DNA of 36,012 nucleotides from a virus (Duplodnaviria; Caudoviricetes): positions 1-36,012 of the IMG/VR virus record IMGVR_UViG_3300012948_000010; one strand, written 5' to 3'. The notes under the pieces are model-generated. The model was not told the DNA's origin. It was given only the letters and a program-made list of their open reading frames with translations, and did no database searches. This document shows, piece after piece, positions 8,634 through 18,296 of this stretch; the first letter of the stretch is position 1, and each line of letters opens with the position of its first letter. Both the position numbers and the translations under genes were made by a program.

Positions 8634-9260
8634 ATGGGCGTTCAAATCTGGGATCGCCTACAGGGACAATTCAAACCGGCCGAGATTGATCGGCCGGAAT
8701 TTGAGTTGGGGAAAGAATCGCGAAGCTGGATCGAGCGCCTCCTTCTTGCCTCCGGAATTTCAAAAGTCAGGGGTGGCGCGCAGGAGAACATCTTTTCGCT
8801 CACCTTTTCTGCATTCGCTACGGCGACAACGGCGAAGACGATCTTTGAAATTCCAATTCCGGCTGCTGCTGCCGGAGCCGATGCTATTGCAGTCGTACAG
8901 TGGTGGTGTGAATTCAATGCTTCGGCTGCCGGTGCTGGGATGCTTGTTGAATTGCTCCGTGTTACTGCCACGACTGGAATTACCGGCACGACTCAGACCG
9001 GCGTGAAGATTGACGACGAGAAGGACTCGGGCTCGACCATCTCCGCGTCGAAAGTCAATGCCACGGCCGAAGGCACGATCACCGTCACGGAAGTAATCGA
9101 AGTTCATTACATTCCTCCAACCGGGGGAATCTACGTGCAATATCCGCTCGCTCGTGAGCCCTCTGCGGCTCCGGGAACAAACCGCTATTGGCGGATGCGG
9201 CTTACGGGCTCGTCCGGTGTGACTCCAAGTGCCGCCGCTGGAATTTGGTGGCGGGAGTAA
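8634..9260 (+). CDS. Putative virion structural protein
   Basis: Thr/Ala/Gly-rich beta composition inside the structural operon. Confidence 0.55.
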   Translation: MGVQIWDRLQGQFKPAEIDRPEFELGKESRSWIERLLLASGISKVRGGAQENIFSLTFSAFATATTAKTIFEIPIPAAAAGADAIAVVQWWCEFNASAAGAGMLVELLRVTATTGITGTTQTGVKIDDEKDSGSTISASKVNATAEGTITVTEVIEVHYIPPTGGIYVQYPLAREPSAAPGTNRYWRMRLTGSSGVTPSAAAGIWWRE

Positions 9261-9269
9261 CCGCCACTA

Positions 9270-10037
9270 ATGGCCTCTCCTGCGGTAGCCGGTCGCTTTG
9301 AAGGCGCAAATTCAACAACTGTAACGACGCATACAATTACATTTTCAAGCGTTTCGGCAAACGATCTTCTTCTTCTGTGGTTCGCTTGTACCGCGACGAC
9401 GCTTTCAAGCTCCGGTTGGACTTTTCTTCTTGGCGGCAGTAACTCTGCCGCTACCCATCTCGGATACAAAAAGGCGGCTGGCGGTGAAACGCTCGTTTCT
9501 TTTACAAGTGGCGCGGCTACTCGCTCGGCATATCTCGGGTATCGAATTACCGGAAACGTTGACCCGGCAACACAGGCACCGGAATTGTCAACGGTGGGCG
9601 CTGCGGTAAGCACAACTCCTGATCCGCCATCACTGAGCCCCACAGGTGGCAGCAAGGATTACCTTTGGCTTGCGGTTTTCAGGCAGAATGCAATTGTAAC
9701 CAACGATGATGCGTGGATCACGGCAATCCCAACAAACTATGCAAACAAGCATGGGTCTAGCGCGGGTACTGCGGGAACGCCTGCCGTGGGGGCAGCCGAC
9801 CGGCAGCTAACGGCTGCAACGGAAGACCCAGGCACGTTTACCTCCTCATCGAATACGACGTGGCAGGCATATTGCATTGCAATTCATCCTGCCGTTTCTG
9901 CTCCGGCATTCATTCCTGGAAATCCAACCGTAGTCCGGCAGGCTGTGAAGCGTTCGGCTTACTTCTGCATGGGCGAGAAGTGGGCTCGCAAAGGCAAGTT
10001 GTGGATTCCATCCCCTGACCGACCGTTGATGGTTTGA
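9270..10037 (+). CDS. Putative virion structural protein with duplicated beta domain
   Basis: Two similar halves (NDLLLLWFA / KDYLWLAVF; KKAAGGE / RQLTAATE); Thr/Ala/Ser-rich. Confidence 0.6.
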   Translation: MASPAVAGRFEGANSTTVTTHTITFSSVSANDLLLLWFACTATTLSSSGWTFLLGGSNSAATHLGYKKAAGGETLVSFTSGAATRSAYLGYRITGNVDPATQAPELSTVGAAVSTTPDPPSLSPTGGSKDYLWLAVFRQNAIVTNDDAWITAIPTNYANKHGSSAGTAGTPAVGAADRQLTAATEDPGTFTSSSNTTWQAYCIAIHPAVSAPAFIPGNPTVVRQAVKRSAYFCMGEKWARKGKLWIPSPDRPLMV

Positions 10038-10038
10038 A

Positions 10039-12933
10039 ATGGCACGCTTCGGTCGAGCATATCCCCGGCAAGTCCAAACCTATATCAAGGCTGCTCCTCC
10101 GCGAGCGCCGGTCAATACGCCTGTCCAGATGGACGCTTCGGTAACGCTTACCGCCGCAGTTCAAAAGAAGATTTCAAAGGCATTGGCCGTAGGCCAGTAC
10201 GTTGATCGTATTCTGGGTTTGAGCCCGGTTGGCTACTGGCGGCTCGGTGAGCCTTCGGGAACGGTTGCAGCCGATAAAACGTCCAACAACAATACCGGAA
10301 CGTATGTCAATTCACCGACGCTCAATGTCGCTGGATTGATTTCAGACACCGACAAGGCCGTTACCTTTGACGGTACGGACGACCAAGTAACCGTCGCGCA
10401 CTCAACGTCGATAGATGTCGGCAGCACGTTTTCAGTTGAATTCTGGATGAAAACTTCCATGTCTTCCTCGGGCACGCTCTTCGACCGAGGTTCGCCTGCG
10501 TTTCGGATACTTGTCAATACGGGCTTGCCGGTCGGAGGCAGCATCGGCTTTGGAATTGTCGCAGCGGATTGGTGCGCATACTCGTCCATAACCGTTTGTG
10601 ATGGGGTCACGCATCACGTCGTTATTACAAATACGGGCTCAACTCCGAAGGTTTACGTTGACGGCGTAGATCGAACGTCAACGTGGAATCCTTCTGCGCC
10701 GGGAGCCAATACGTCACAAGGACTTTCAATTGGGCGGCAACTTGACAACTCAAACCCGTTCAATGGAACAATTGACGAGGTTGCCTTTTACAATTATGTC
10801 CTAACCGCTCAACAGGTTCTCGATAATTACAACGCCGGTATTTCACCCGGCGTTGCGCTCAAGCCCGCTATGGTCGTGCAGAAGACATTTCCGAGGACGC
10901 TGAGCTTGACGGTAACGCTGACGGCGGCAATGACCAGGGTTGCGAAGTTCCTGCGAACTCAAGCGGTTACGGTAACGCTCACAGCGGCGATGACGAGAGT
11001 GGTCTTGTTCCCGCGGACGCTTTCTCAAACTGTCACGCTAACTCCAACGCAAACAAAGGTGGCGGTCTATCTGAGGACAAATGCCGTGACGGTGACGTTG
11101 ACGGCAGCAATGACGAAGATAATGAAAGCCCCGAGGACGCTATCGACTGGAATTACATTGACCGGGGCAATGACGAAGGTAATGAATGCTCCAAGAACAC
11201 TGGCGGCTGGAATTACATTCACGCTCAACCTCGTCCGGAACGTGGGCAAGTTCTTTGCGCAGTCGATCACGTTTACAAATGCCCAGACCGTGCTCAGGAA
11301 GTTCTACCGTACGAACGCGGTAACGGTGACGATTACTCCGGTGCTGACGACTTTTCAACACTACTATCGAGCATTGGCCGCTTCGTTGACTTTCACCAAT
11401 ACCGTAACTCCGGTTTATCATGCAGGCTCGGTCAACAACCCGGTTTCACTTCCGGCATCGGTCACATTCACCCTGGCGATGTCAAGGAACATTTCAAAGT
11501 CGCTAGCTCAGTCGATCACGTTCACCAATGTCTTGTCGCTTTTCAAACAGTTCTACCGAACGAATGCTGTCGCCGTAACCCTGACTCCTACCCAAACACG
11601 GTTGAGGCTCGCTCCTCGGACGCTGACGCTCACCGTAACCCTAACGGCGGCAATGACGAATGTGAAAAACGCTCCGAGGACACTGGCTCAGGGAATCACC
11701 CTGACTCCGACGATGACGTTCTTTGCAATTCATTATCGAGCGATCACAGGAGCGATCACCTTCACGGCGACTCAGGCGACGTTCAAGCAGTTTTTCCGGG
11801 CGATGCCGATAACGGTGACGCTGATTCCAAATCAAACGCGGTTCTTGAAATTCCTCCGCACAATGTCCCAGACGGTGACGTTGACACCGAACCTGCTCCG
11901 GGGAGCTTCACAAGCGATCACCCTGCCGACTTCGATCACCTTCACCGTGGCCCAATTGAAAAATGTTCGCTACTTCCCCGCAGTCATTGTCACTCTGGCC
12001 GGGAACATGCTCAATCAGGCCAAGCATCCTCGGACGTTGGGAGCCTCTCTAAGCCTCTCTGCCGTTCAGACCCTAGTTACCCTCCACCTGAGGACTCTCA
12101 GCGCCTCAGTGACGCTTACAGCGGCTCAGACGAAGGTTCGTGGCTACCCCCGAACCCTGTCTCAGACCGTAACGCTCACTCCGACCCAGGTTCGGGTCGC
12201 AAAGCACGTCCAGAATCCGGCCGTCACGCTCACGTTGACGCCGACAATGCAAAACCTGGACAAGTTTTTCAGAACGATGGCGCTGACTGAGACGATTACG
12301 CCGGTCATGACTTCATCGAGCCTTCATTCCAGCAACATTTCAATGCCGGTCACGATCACCTTGACTCCGAGCCTCGTTCGGAGATGGTTGGCCCTGCGGA
12401 CTCTCTCGACCGGGGTGACGTTGACTCCTGCGCAGACGAAGGTTCCAAATCATCCGCGCTCCTTCGCGGTCACGGTTACTCTGGCCGCAATTCAATTCCG
12501 GCTCGCTCATTACTACCGGACGATGCCGGTAACTCCGACATTCACGGTCACGCAGACTAATCGGGGATTTCATTTCCGGCAAATGGACGGCACGGTCATT
12601 TTCGTGCCAAACTTGGGAGTGAAGAAGATACCGAGAATCGTCCTGGCTACCGTCGTCAATTTCATTGCCGCTCTCAACGTCGGCAAGAAACAGAATCCGG
12701 TTTTGCTTCCTCTCACCGTCACCTTCGCGGTGGCAATGAAGATTTACAAGGTCAAGGAGAAATTCCAAAACCTGATGACGACGATCTTCCGGGCTCGGCT
12801 TTGGGGAGCGAAGGTCGAGGGCGACGGAATGCAGGTAGAAGTTATTTCAAAGCCGACTGTCCGGGGAACTATCTCACAGGCCGAGCTTCATGGAGCAGAA
12901 ATTCAAGACCCTGATCTAGAGGAGGTTCTATAG
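10039..12933 (+). CDS. Fibre-like protein: LamG/ConA-like domain plus about 30 tandem ~20-aa repeats
   Basis: GYWRLGE...FNGTIDEVAFYNYVLT LamG signature, then repeats such as FPRTLSQTVTLTPTQTKVAV. Confidence 0.75.
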   Translation: MARFGRAYPRQVQTYIKAAPPRAPVNTPVQMDASVTLTAAVQKKISKALAVGQYVDRILGLSPVGYWRLGEPSGTVAADKTSNNNTGTYVNSPTLNVAGLISDTDKAVTFDGTDDQVTVAHSTSIDVGSTFSVEFWMKTSMSSSGTLFDRGSPAFRILVNTGLPVGGSIGFGIVAADWCAYSSITVCDGVTHHVVITNTGSTPKVYVDGVDRTSTWNPSAPGANTSQGLSIGRQLDNSNPFNGTIDEVAFYNYVLTAQQVLDNYNAGISPGVALKPAMVVQKTFPRTLSLTVTLTAAMTRVAKFLRTQAVTVTLTAAMTRVVLFPRTLSQTVTLTPTQTKVAVYLRTNAVTVTLTAAMTKIMKAPRTLSTGITLTGAMTKVMNAPRTLAAGITFTLNLVRNVGKFFAQSITFTNAQTVLRKFYRTNAVTVTITPVLTTFQHYYRALAASLTFTNTVTPVYHAGSVNNPVSLPASVTFTLAMSRNISKSLAQSITFTNVLSLFKQFYRTNAVAVTLTPTQTRLRLAPRTLTLTVTLTAAMTNVKNAPRTLAQGITLTPTMTFFAIHYRAITGAITFTATQATFKQFFRAMPITVTLIPNQTRFLKFLRTMSQTVTLTPNLLRGASQAITLPTSITFTVAQLKNVRYFPAVIVTLAGNMLNQAKHPRTLGASLSLSAVQTLVTLHLRTLSASVTLTAAQTKVRGYPRTLSQTVTLTPTQVRVAKHVQNPAVTLTLTPTMQNLDKFFRTMALTETITPVMTSSSLHSSNISMPVTITLTPSLVRRWLALRTLSTGVTLTPAQTKVPNHPRSFAVTVTLAAIQFRLAHYYRTMPVTPTFTVTQTNRGFHFRQMDGTVIFVPNLGVKKIPRIVLATVVNFIAALNVGKKQNPVLLPLTVTFAVAMKIYKVKEKFQNLMTTIFRARLWGAKVEGDGMQVEVISKPTVRGTISQAELHGAEIQDPDLEEVL
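10888..12750 (+). repeat. Degenerate ~60-bp coding tandem repeats
   Basis: Protein consensus approximately (F/Y/H/A)xRTLxxxVTLTxxxT, with a few 17-18-aa units. Confidence 0.8.
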
Positions 12934-13616
12934 TGGCGAGCGTAAGGTTGAATTTCAGTCCTCCCATCGAACCGAATATTACCAAGCTCCACATCCTTGA
13001 GTCAACGTCGCAGACAGGGACGTTCTCGGAAATTGAAGTGGTTACGGGAATCGGTACGTATCCGAGTTACATTTCCTACTACACGACGAATCTCGCAACC
13101 GCCGCGACAAATTGGTTCCGAATTCAATGGGAGGACAATAAGGGTGCCCTGTCCGATCTGTCCGAGGCCGTCCAGGGAGGCACGGAATCCTACGTCGGTG
13201 AGCTAACCGAATGGGTTTTGCTCCGGGATTCCACGATCAATGAAAACGTGGCGACCCAGGAAGTCGAGGCTGCGCTTTTTCAAGTCTTTGGCACGACGAC
13301 TCCTGACACGCTCGACCCGGATCAGAAGTCCGGAATCACTATGCTGGCAATGGCGCGCTGCTACCTGACCAAGCTGGGAGCGTCCTCCTCTACTGGAACA
13401 GCGAACAAGTGGACGGCAGGGCTCGTCTCGATGGACAGTGGAACTACCGCAGCGCAGCAGGGGCAGGCCAATATTGAAATGCTGCTAAAGCAAGCTGGGA
13501 AGCTCCTTGGCTTGAATTACAGTGTAGTAGCGCAGATGGCAGAAGCCAACCTCTTTGGCAACAATGGTGACGGCCCAACGTTCGATCCTTCCCGGCTCTT
13601 GATCGAAGTGCAATGA
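12933..13616 (+). CDS. Putative head-tail adaptor (neck) protein
   Basis: FN3-like N-terminus, helical C-terminus; first gene of the neck block; GAGGAGG RBS before GTG. Confidence 0.5.
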   Translation: MASVRLNFSPPIEPNITKLHILESTSQTGTFSEIEVVTGIGTYPSYISYYTTNLATAATNWFRIQWEDNKGALSDLSEAVQGGTESYVGELTEWVLLRDSTINENVATQEVEAALFQVFGTTTPDTLDPDQKSGITMLAMARCYLTKLGASSSTGTANKWTAGLVSMDSGTTAAQQGQANIEMLLKQAGKLLGLNYSVVAQMAEANLFGNNGDGPTFDPSRLLIEVQ

Positions 13617-14092
13617 CGACCAAAGACCAATTTCAATCTCTGCTGCAAACGAACGGTCAATCGGCCGTCTATCACCGGGACGATTCCATGAATCCATGCC
13701 CATGCAGAACTCCGGAGGGATATCGCGATCCAATCTGGCATCTCGAAAATCCAAGTGCTCCGATCTGTAACGAGGCCGGAATGCTGCCGGGGAGTCCCAC
13801 CGATATCACAGTCAAGGCATTCATTCAGCCGATCCAGTCCACAAGGGCTACTCGATTGGCGACCGAAAGGCTTGTCGAGCTATTCGGGGAAATTCAAACT
13901 GACGACCATCTTGGCATCTTCCCGATAGTGTGGAACAGTGTCGCGCTGAACTTCTACGATTGGGGTCAAGCGGGAGAAGATTACGTCCAATATGACGGCC
14001 GGAAATTCCAGGTCGTGAACGCAAACAAAATGCCCCACCCGGAAGGAATGTCGGATGGTCACTGGGAGGTAGCGTTGAGGTTGAAATCGTGA
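13613..14092 (+). CDS. Putative head closure protein
   Basis: CPC...C motif, VKAFIQP, DYVQYDGRKFQV beta pattern; synteny. Confidence 0.55.
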   Translation: MTTKDQFQSLLQTNGQSAVYHRDDSMNPCPCRTPEGYRDPIWHLENPSAPICNEAGMLPGSPTDITVKAFIQPIQSTRATRLATERLVELFGEIQTDDHLGIFPIVWNSVALNFYDWGQAGEDYVQYDGRKFQVVNANKMPHPEGMSDGHWEVALRLKS

Positions 14093-14646
14093 GAGTCCCG
14101 GCCAGTCGATACGGCTTTGTTTCCGTCGAGGACTTCAACGCGATTGACGACTTCGCCGCCGACTTGCAAGCGGCCGGAAGGAACCTGTATCCGGCCATGA
14201 ACGCACTTGCAAAGATGCTCAGCTACGTAGCTCTCGGTGCTGCGCAGGAAATGAGCGCAGGCCCAGTCGATCCATTGCAAACCAACCGAGAAGCAGCCTG
14301 GAAAATTCCAGTCCGCAGAATTACAAGCCACTATTACAAGGGTTGGAAAGTCAGAAGGATGGCTCCCGGCTGGTGGCAGACGTACAACGACTCCAGGGAA
14401 GCGTTTTACATTGAATACGGAATCAACCCTCGCTCGGCACGTCGTCCGATTCGTCGTCCGATCAGGAAATTTGCATTTGTCAAGACGCTGCGGTTTGTCG
14501 ATAACTCCCGAGCCGAGCAGTACGTCTGGGAAATGGTCTTTGGGCCGCTGAAAAGTCAGCGCAACATGCGCGAGGTTGTCGGCCGTGGAGATTTGAGTTT
14601 CCATCCGGCGCATACGGGAAGCCGCTTGTACGGGGTGGGAGGCTAA
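14089..14646 (+). CDS. HK97 gp10-like tail completion protein
   Basis: IPVRR..HYYKGW, NDSREAFYIEYG motifs; synteny. Confidence 0.6.
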   Translation: MRVPASRYGFVSVEDFNAIDDFAADLQAAGRNLYPAMNALAKMLSYVALGAAQEMSAGPVDPLQTNREAAWKIPVRRITSHYYKGWKVRRMAPGWWQTYNDSREAFYIEYGINPRSARRPIRRPIRKFAFVKTLRFVDNSRAEQYVWEMVFGPLKSQRNMREVVGRGDLSFHPAHTGSRLYGVGG

Positions 14647-14849
14647 TGCCCAGGTCGGCGTATTCAAAAGGTTCTCGCAAAGCGCTTCGTGCAATGCGAA
14701 AACGCTATGGCACCAAGCGTGGGACTTCCATCTTCTATGCAAAGGCGAACAAGTACGGCCGTGGAAAGTCAAATGCTCGAAAAGCAAATTCAGTCTACTC
14801 CAAGGGCCGGAAATTGAAAGGCCGGAGTCGGAGGAGGAGACGGCGTTGA
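14646..14849 (+). CDS. 67-aa protamine-like basic protein
   Basis: 27 K/R, no D/E, ends SRRRRRR; GGGAGG upstream and TAATG overlap. Confidence 0.75.
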   Translation: MPRSAYSKGSRKALRAMRKRYGTKRGTSIFYAKANKYGRGKSNARKANSVYSKGRKLKGRSRRRRRR

Positions 14850-15043
14850 GCGAATACATCATCCTTATCAGGCGGGAGGACGGGAAATTCGACTGGGGAC
14901 GCTACGGCGGGAACAATGAATACCTGTACGGCTCCAATCAGGGATATGAAAACAAGTTAGATGCCGTCAATATTGCAGCCTCCCACAATCCCGGAATTCC
15001 AATCTACGAGATGGTGGAAGGGAAGAAAGTCCTCGTTCCATGA
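14846..15043 (+). CDS. YegP/DUF1508-like small protein
   Basis: EDGKFDW...GGNNEYL.GSNQGYENKLDA resembles the DUF1508 pattern; GGAGGAGG RBS before TTG. Confidence 0.55.
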   Translation: MSEYIILIRREDGKFDWGRYGGNNEYLYGSNQGYENKLDAVNIAASHNPGIPIYEMVEGKKVLVP

Positions 15044-15708
15044 CCGCGACTTACGATCCCGACGTTGACGTTTGGCTCTTGACGCTCACGAGGGCGCTCA
15101 AGGATTACGTCTCCGATGGTTTCAATTCGTTGTCATCGAGCGGTAACGGGCTCGACGCCTACGATGTCGTCTTCGGCTATCCGGATTCCAGCGATCCGCT
15201 TTTTCAAGCCGAACTCGTGAAAACCATCATTCACCTGGAAGTCGATGACATCACCGATATCCCTCTCGGCTTCGGTGACAACATGGTCAATGAAATCATC
15301 GCCCCTGTCAGCGGAAACATTTTTCAAACGACGCAAGAGGAAGCTCTCTGCAAGCTCGTGAACTTCGACGTAGGGGTCTGGGCCAGTTACCAATCCGGAG
15401 GCTCCACGAGCCGAATGGTGGCCTATCAGGTACTCAGCAAGCTCTTTACCGGGGCAGGGGCCTTTTCAAATGCAAAGGAGGCAATGGGAGGAGTTGAAAT
15501 TCGTAGTTTCCAATCCGGGCTCTTTGTTGTTGATGCGGCCGGAGATATCAACGTCTTTCGCATCGTCGGTAGCGACTTGATTGTCCGGGTGTATGTGAAG
15601 CGCGTCAGTGGGCCGTATCAGGGCGTCGATACGATCCATCTAATTCAAAAGGTTGACATCGACCAGACTCAAATTACAGAAGTAACCGATATCCAACTCC
15701 ACGAATAG
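15040..15708 (+). CDS. Putative tail terminator protein
   Basis: Immediately before the sheath gene; acidic; ATGA overlap. Confidence 0.55.
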   Translation: MTATYDPDVDVWLLTLTRALKDYVSDGFNSLSSSGNGLDAYDVVFGYPDSSDPLFQAELVKTIIHLEVDDITDIPLGFGDNMVNEIIAPVSGNIFQTTQEEALCKLVNFDVGVWASYQSGGSTSRMVAYQVLSKLFTGAGAFSNAKEAMGGVEIRSFQSGLFVVDAAGDINVFRIVGSDLIVRVYVKRVSGPYQGVDTIHLIQKVDIDQTQITEVTDIQLHE

Positions 15709-15716
15709 GAGGAGGT

Positions 15717-16850
15717 ATGAGTCCAGTAGCATCGACGCAACTTTTCCCCGAGGTTGTAGATGCCTCCACTCTCGGCGGCAAGTTTCAACAGGCAATGGCC
15801 TTGCCGGTCGGTGTCGAGGGTCAGGCAGATGCAGCCGGTTCGGGGACGGTTGGAGTCCTCTACACGATTTCAAGGGGCTCGGATGCGGATACGTATTTCG
15901 GGCCTGTGTCCACCCTCTCAACGCTCGTCAAGAACCTGTTGCAAAAAGGTGTCTATCCGGTGTACGCGATCATTTCGGCCAAGGCCACCTTGCCGACTCT
16001 TGCACAGCGGCAGGCGGCATGGGCTGAGCTTGAAAACAAAATCTTCGTTCGTATCCGGATGACCGATTCCTTGCTCAACTCGGATCATGTCGCGCTTGGT
16101 ACGTCGTGCGACAATGCAAATCTCATGTCGATGAAGCAGTTTGCAATCGTCGGCATGGCATCGGCTACGACGAAAGCTGCTCTGATTTCAGCGGCAACGG
16201 CAATCGGTTCCAAGCGCGTCGTGCTCGTCGGCCCTGGAATCTACGACGAGACAGGTACGCTCCAGACTGGCCGTTACGCGGCGACGTGTGTGGCTGCGAT
16301 GGTGGCTGCAAACTTTGACCCCTCTGACGACATGGATTTGGCACTCGTGCCTGCCACTACCGGAATTGAATTGGATTCCAATGGTTTTCCGATCTTCCGG
16401 GAGAAGGTTGTCTCGGGCTCGGTCGTAAACGACTTTGAAGACTTGCTCCAGGGTGGAGTGAGCCCGCTACAGCCGGGGCGAAATGGTGGAGTTGCATTGA
16501 CCCACCTTCGCACGACTTGGAAAACCGATGGAACTTTCGACGCGCTCATGACGCGGCTCATCATCGATCAGCTTTTCGTGGACGTTCGCGAATACTGCTA
16601 CGACCAAAATTTCCTGCGCAAAGGAAATACACAAGTCAACCGCGACCTTCTGGCGAGCGGTGTGCAGCGAATCCTCCAGGATCGCTCCGACTGGATTCAG
16701 CCGCTCCAGCAACCGGACGGCACGATGGGCTACCGGGTCGGCGTTGTCCCCTCGGTCGATCAGCGACAGATGATCGTGAATTACGAGGGCCTTGTCGTGC
16801 GTGGCGTTCAGACAATTCAAGTGGACGCCCAACTCCAGATCGCAGCCTAG
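15717..16850 (+). CDS. Tail sheath protein
   Basis: C-terminal LLQGGVSPL...THLRTTW...LMTRLIIDQL...FLRKGNT sheath pattern; precedes tube-sized gene. Confidence 0.85.
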   Translation: MSPVASTQLFPEVVDASTLGGKFQQAMALPVGVEGQADAAGSGTVGVLYTISRGSDADTYFGPVSTLSTLVKNLLQKGVYPVYAIISAKATLPTLAQRQAAWAELENKIFVRIRMTDSLLNSDHVALGTSCDNANLMSMKQFAIVGMASATTKAALISAATAIGSKRVVLVGPGIYDETGTLQTGRYAATCVAAMVAANFDPSDDMDLALVPATTGIELDSNGFPIFREKVVSGSVVNDFEDLLQGGVSPLQPGRNGGVALTHLRTTWKTDGTFDALMTRLIIDQLFVDVREYCYDQNFLRKGNTQVNRDLLASGVQRILQDRSDWIQPLQQPDGTMGYRVGVVPSVDQRQMIVNYEGLVVRGVQTIQVDAQLQIAA

Positions 16851-16867
16851 GAAGGAGGTAATTTCAA

Positions 16868-17266
16868 GTGGCAAACTGGCTAGAGGGAATTAGTGCTCCT
16901 GACCTGGGCCTGCTTGTGGCAGGCGAGGATTTCGTCGCCACTCAGGACATGGAGGAGGAATACCGCCAGGAAGTCAACTGGCGAGGCGCGTTTGGTACGG
17001 ACGGCCCAGTCCTGCGCACGATCCGCAAGGCGGACGAGAATACCATCTCGTTCTCGGCCATCCTCTTGAAATCAGGAGTTTCCAAGGGGATGAACGACGA
17101 GAGCAAGCTCACGGGAATCCGTGATTTTCAAGTCCAGTGTCGTCGTGGTGACAGGATCGTGACGTATACCGGCGTCAACTGGACACGAATCAACATCCGT
17201 TCGACGCTCACCGAAGTTACGCTGAGCGCAGACCTGAGCATTCCAGGGTACGCACCGGGCGGCTAG
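16868..17266 (+). CDS. Tail tube protein
   Basis: 132-aa beta-rich ORF directly after the sheath; AAGGAGG RBS before GTG. Confidence 0.75.
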   Translation: MANWLEGISAPDLGLLVAGEDFVATQDMEEEYRQEVNWRGAFGTDGPVLRTIRKADENTISFSAILLKSGVSKGMNDESKLTGIRDFQVQCRRGDRIVTYTGVNWTRINIRSTLTEVTLSADLSIPGYAPGG

Positions 17267-17668
17267 ATGGATCGGCACGAGTACCGGGAATTCATGACAC
17301 TGGCTCATTCTGCGGTGGACTCGATGCGCGATTTGGTCAAGGAAGTCAAGGCGCTCGGTGTCGAGCCGCAACCTGAAATTCAAAACTTGGCAGGGCCTCC
17401 ATTCTGTCCTAACTGCGGAGCATTTGATCCAGATATTCAAACCGATGAATCACCGGCCGGTAGAGGACGGTTGAGTGATGCCGTCATTACCGGAAGCTGC
17501 GCCAACTGCGGCGACAGTTTGATCGTCGTCGTCCAGTCGTACTCGATGCACCGAACCAAGGACGAAGCACACGAAGAGTTGAAAAATCCAAAGCGCGGCG
17601 AATTCTTCCGAGGCCGTGCGATGTCAATGAACGAAGGGGCGGGAAATGGCCGAGTCAGCGACTCTTGA
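17267..17668 (+). CDS. Zinc-ribbon hypothetical protein
   Basis: CPNC and CANC pairs; abuts the tube gene. Confidence 0.55.
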   Translation: MDRHEYREFMTLAHSAVDSMRDLVKEVKALGVEPQPEIQNLAGPPFCPNCGAFDPDIQTDESPAGRGRLSDAVITGSCANCGDSLIVVVQSYSMHRTKDEAHEELKNPKRGEFFRGRAMSMNEGAGNGRVSDS

Positions 17669-18296
17669 AAAACTACGCCAACGTCGTCTCGACAAGATGC
17701 GTCTCGGGCAGGCGGCGTGTGAAATCTCATCGCTTCTGAGCGATCCCGGCGTTAGGGTGGCCCTCGTGCCGCTCTTGGAGGGTGAGTACCTGCGAGTGTT
17801 GCAGGCAACGGCAATCAAGGACTTTCCGGAGAATAATGCAGGAGAAGTAGCACGAGACGAATGGCAGAGAGTTGAAATCCTTGCCATTGCGCTCCGAGAA
17901 GTTGAAAACCTCGAGATTCGTATTTTCCAATCGGCCGATCAGGTTCACGACAACCTGGAAGTCTCGGACATCAATCATCTCATGGACTTGTGGCTTGAAA
18001 TGGTGAGTCAGCAATCGCCTTCGGCCGAGGCGATCCCGGAGGAAGAATTCAACGAAATAAAAAAAGTCTTGAATTCAATCAACATGAGCGCCTTATCTGG
18101 GCGGCAATGGTACGCGCTAACGCGGTATCTACGCTCGATTTTGCCCGACTTACCGAGGGTCAGCTCCTATGGATCGTCCTCAATCAGCAACTCGACCTTG
18201 ATGAACGAGAGCGAAACATTCACCTTGGATGTCTTAGAAAATGGCGACAACGACGATGCGAAGTTTGTGGCGAGCCCGTTGGAGTCCCAGGAGTAG
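17646..18296 (+). CDS. Tail assembly chaperone (gpG-like)
   Basis: Between tube and tape measure; contains slippery A AAA AAA site. Confidence 0.75.
   Translation: MAESATLEKLRQRRLDKMRLGQAACEISSLLSDPGVRVALVPLLEGEYLRVLQATAIKDFPENNAGEVARDEWQRVEILAIALREVENLEIRIFQSADQVHDNLEVSDINHLMDLWLEMVSQQSPSAEAIPEEEFNEIKKVLNSINMSALSGRQWYALTRYLRSILPDLPRVSSYGSSSISNSTLMNESETFTLDVLENGDNDDAKFVASPLESQE

Noticed and set aside
10888-12750. CRISPR array
   Set aside because: Repeats are degenerate, in-frame coding units with no identical repeat/spacer structure.
14059-14862. Long minus-strand ORFs (e.g. 14059-14862, 29105-29836)
   Set aside because: Antisense to well-supported genes in GC-rich DNA, with no motifs.
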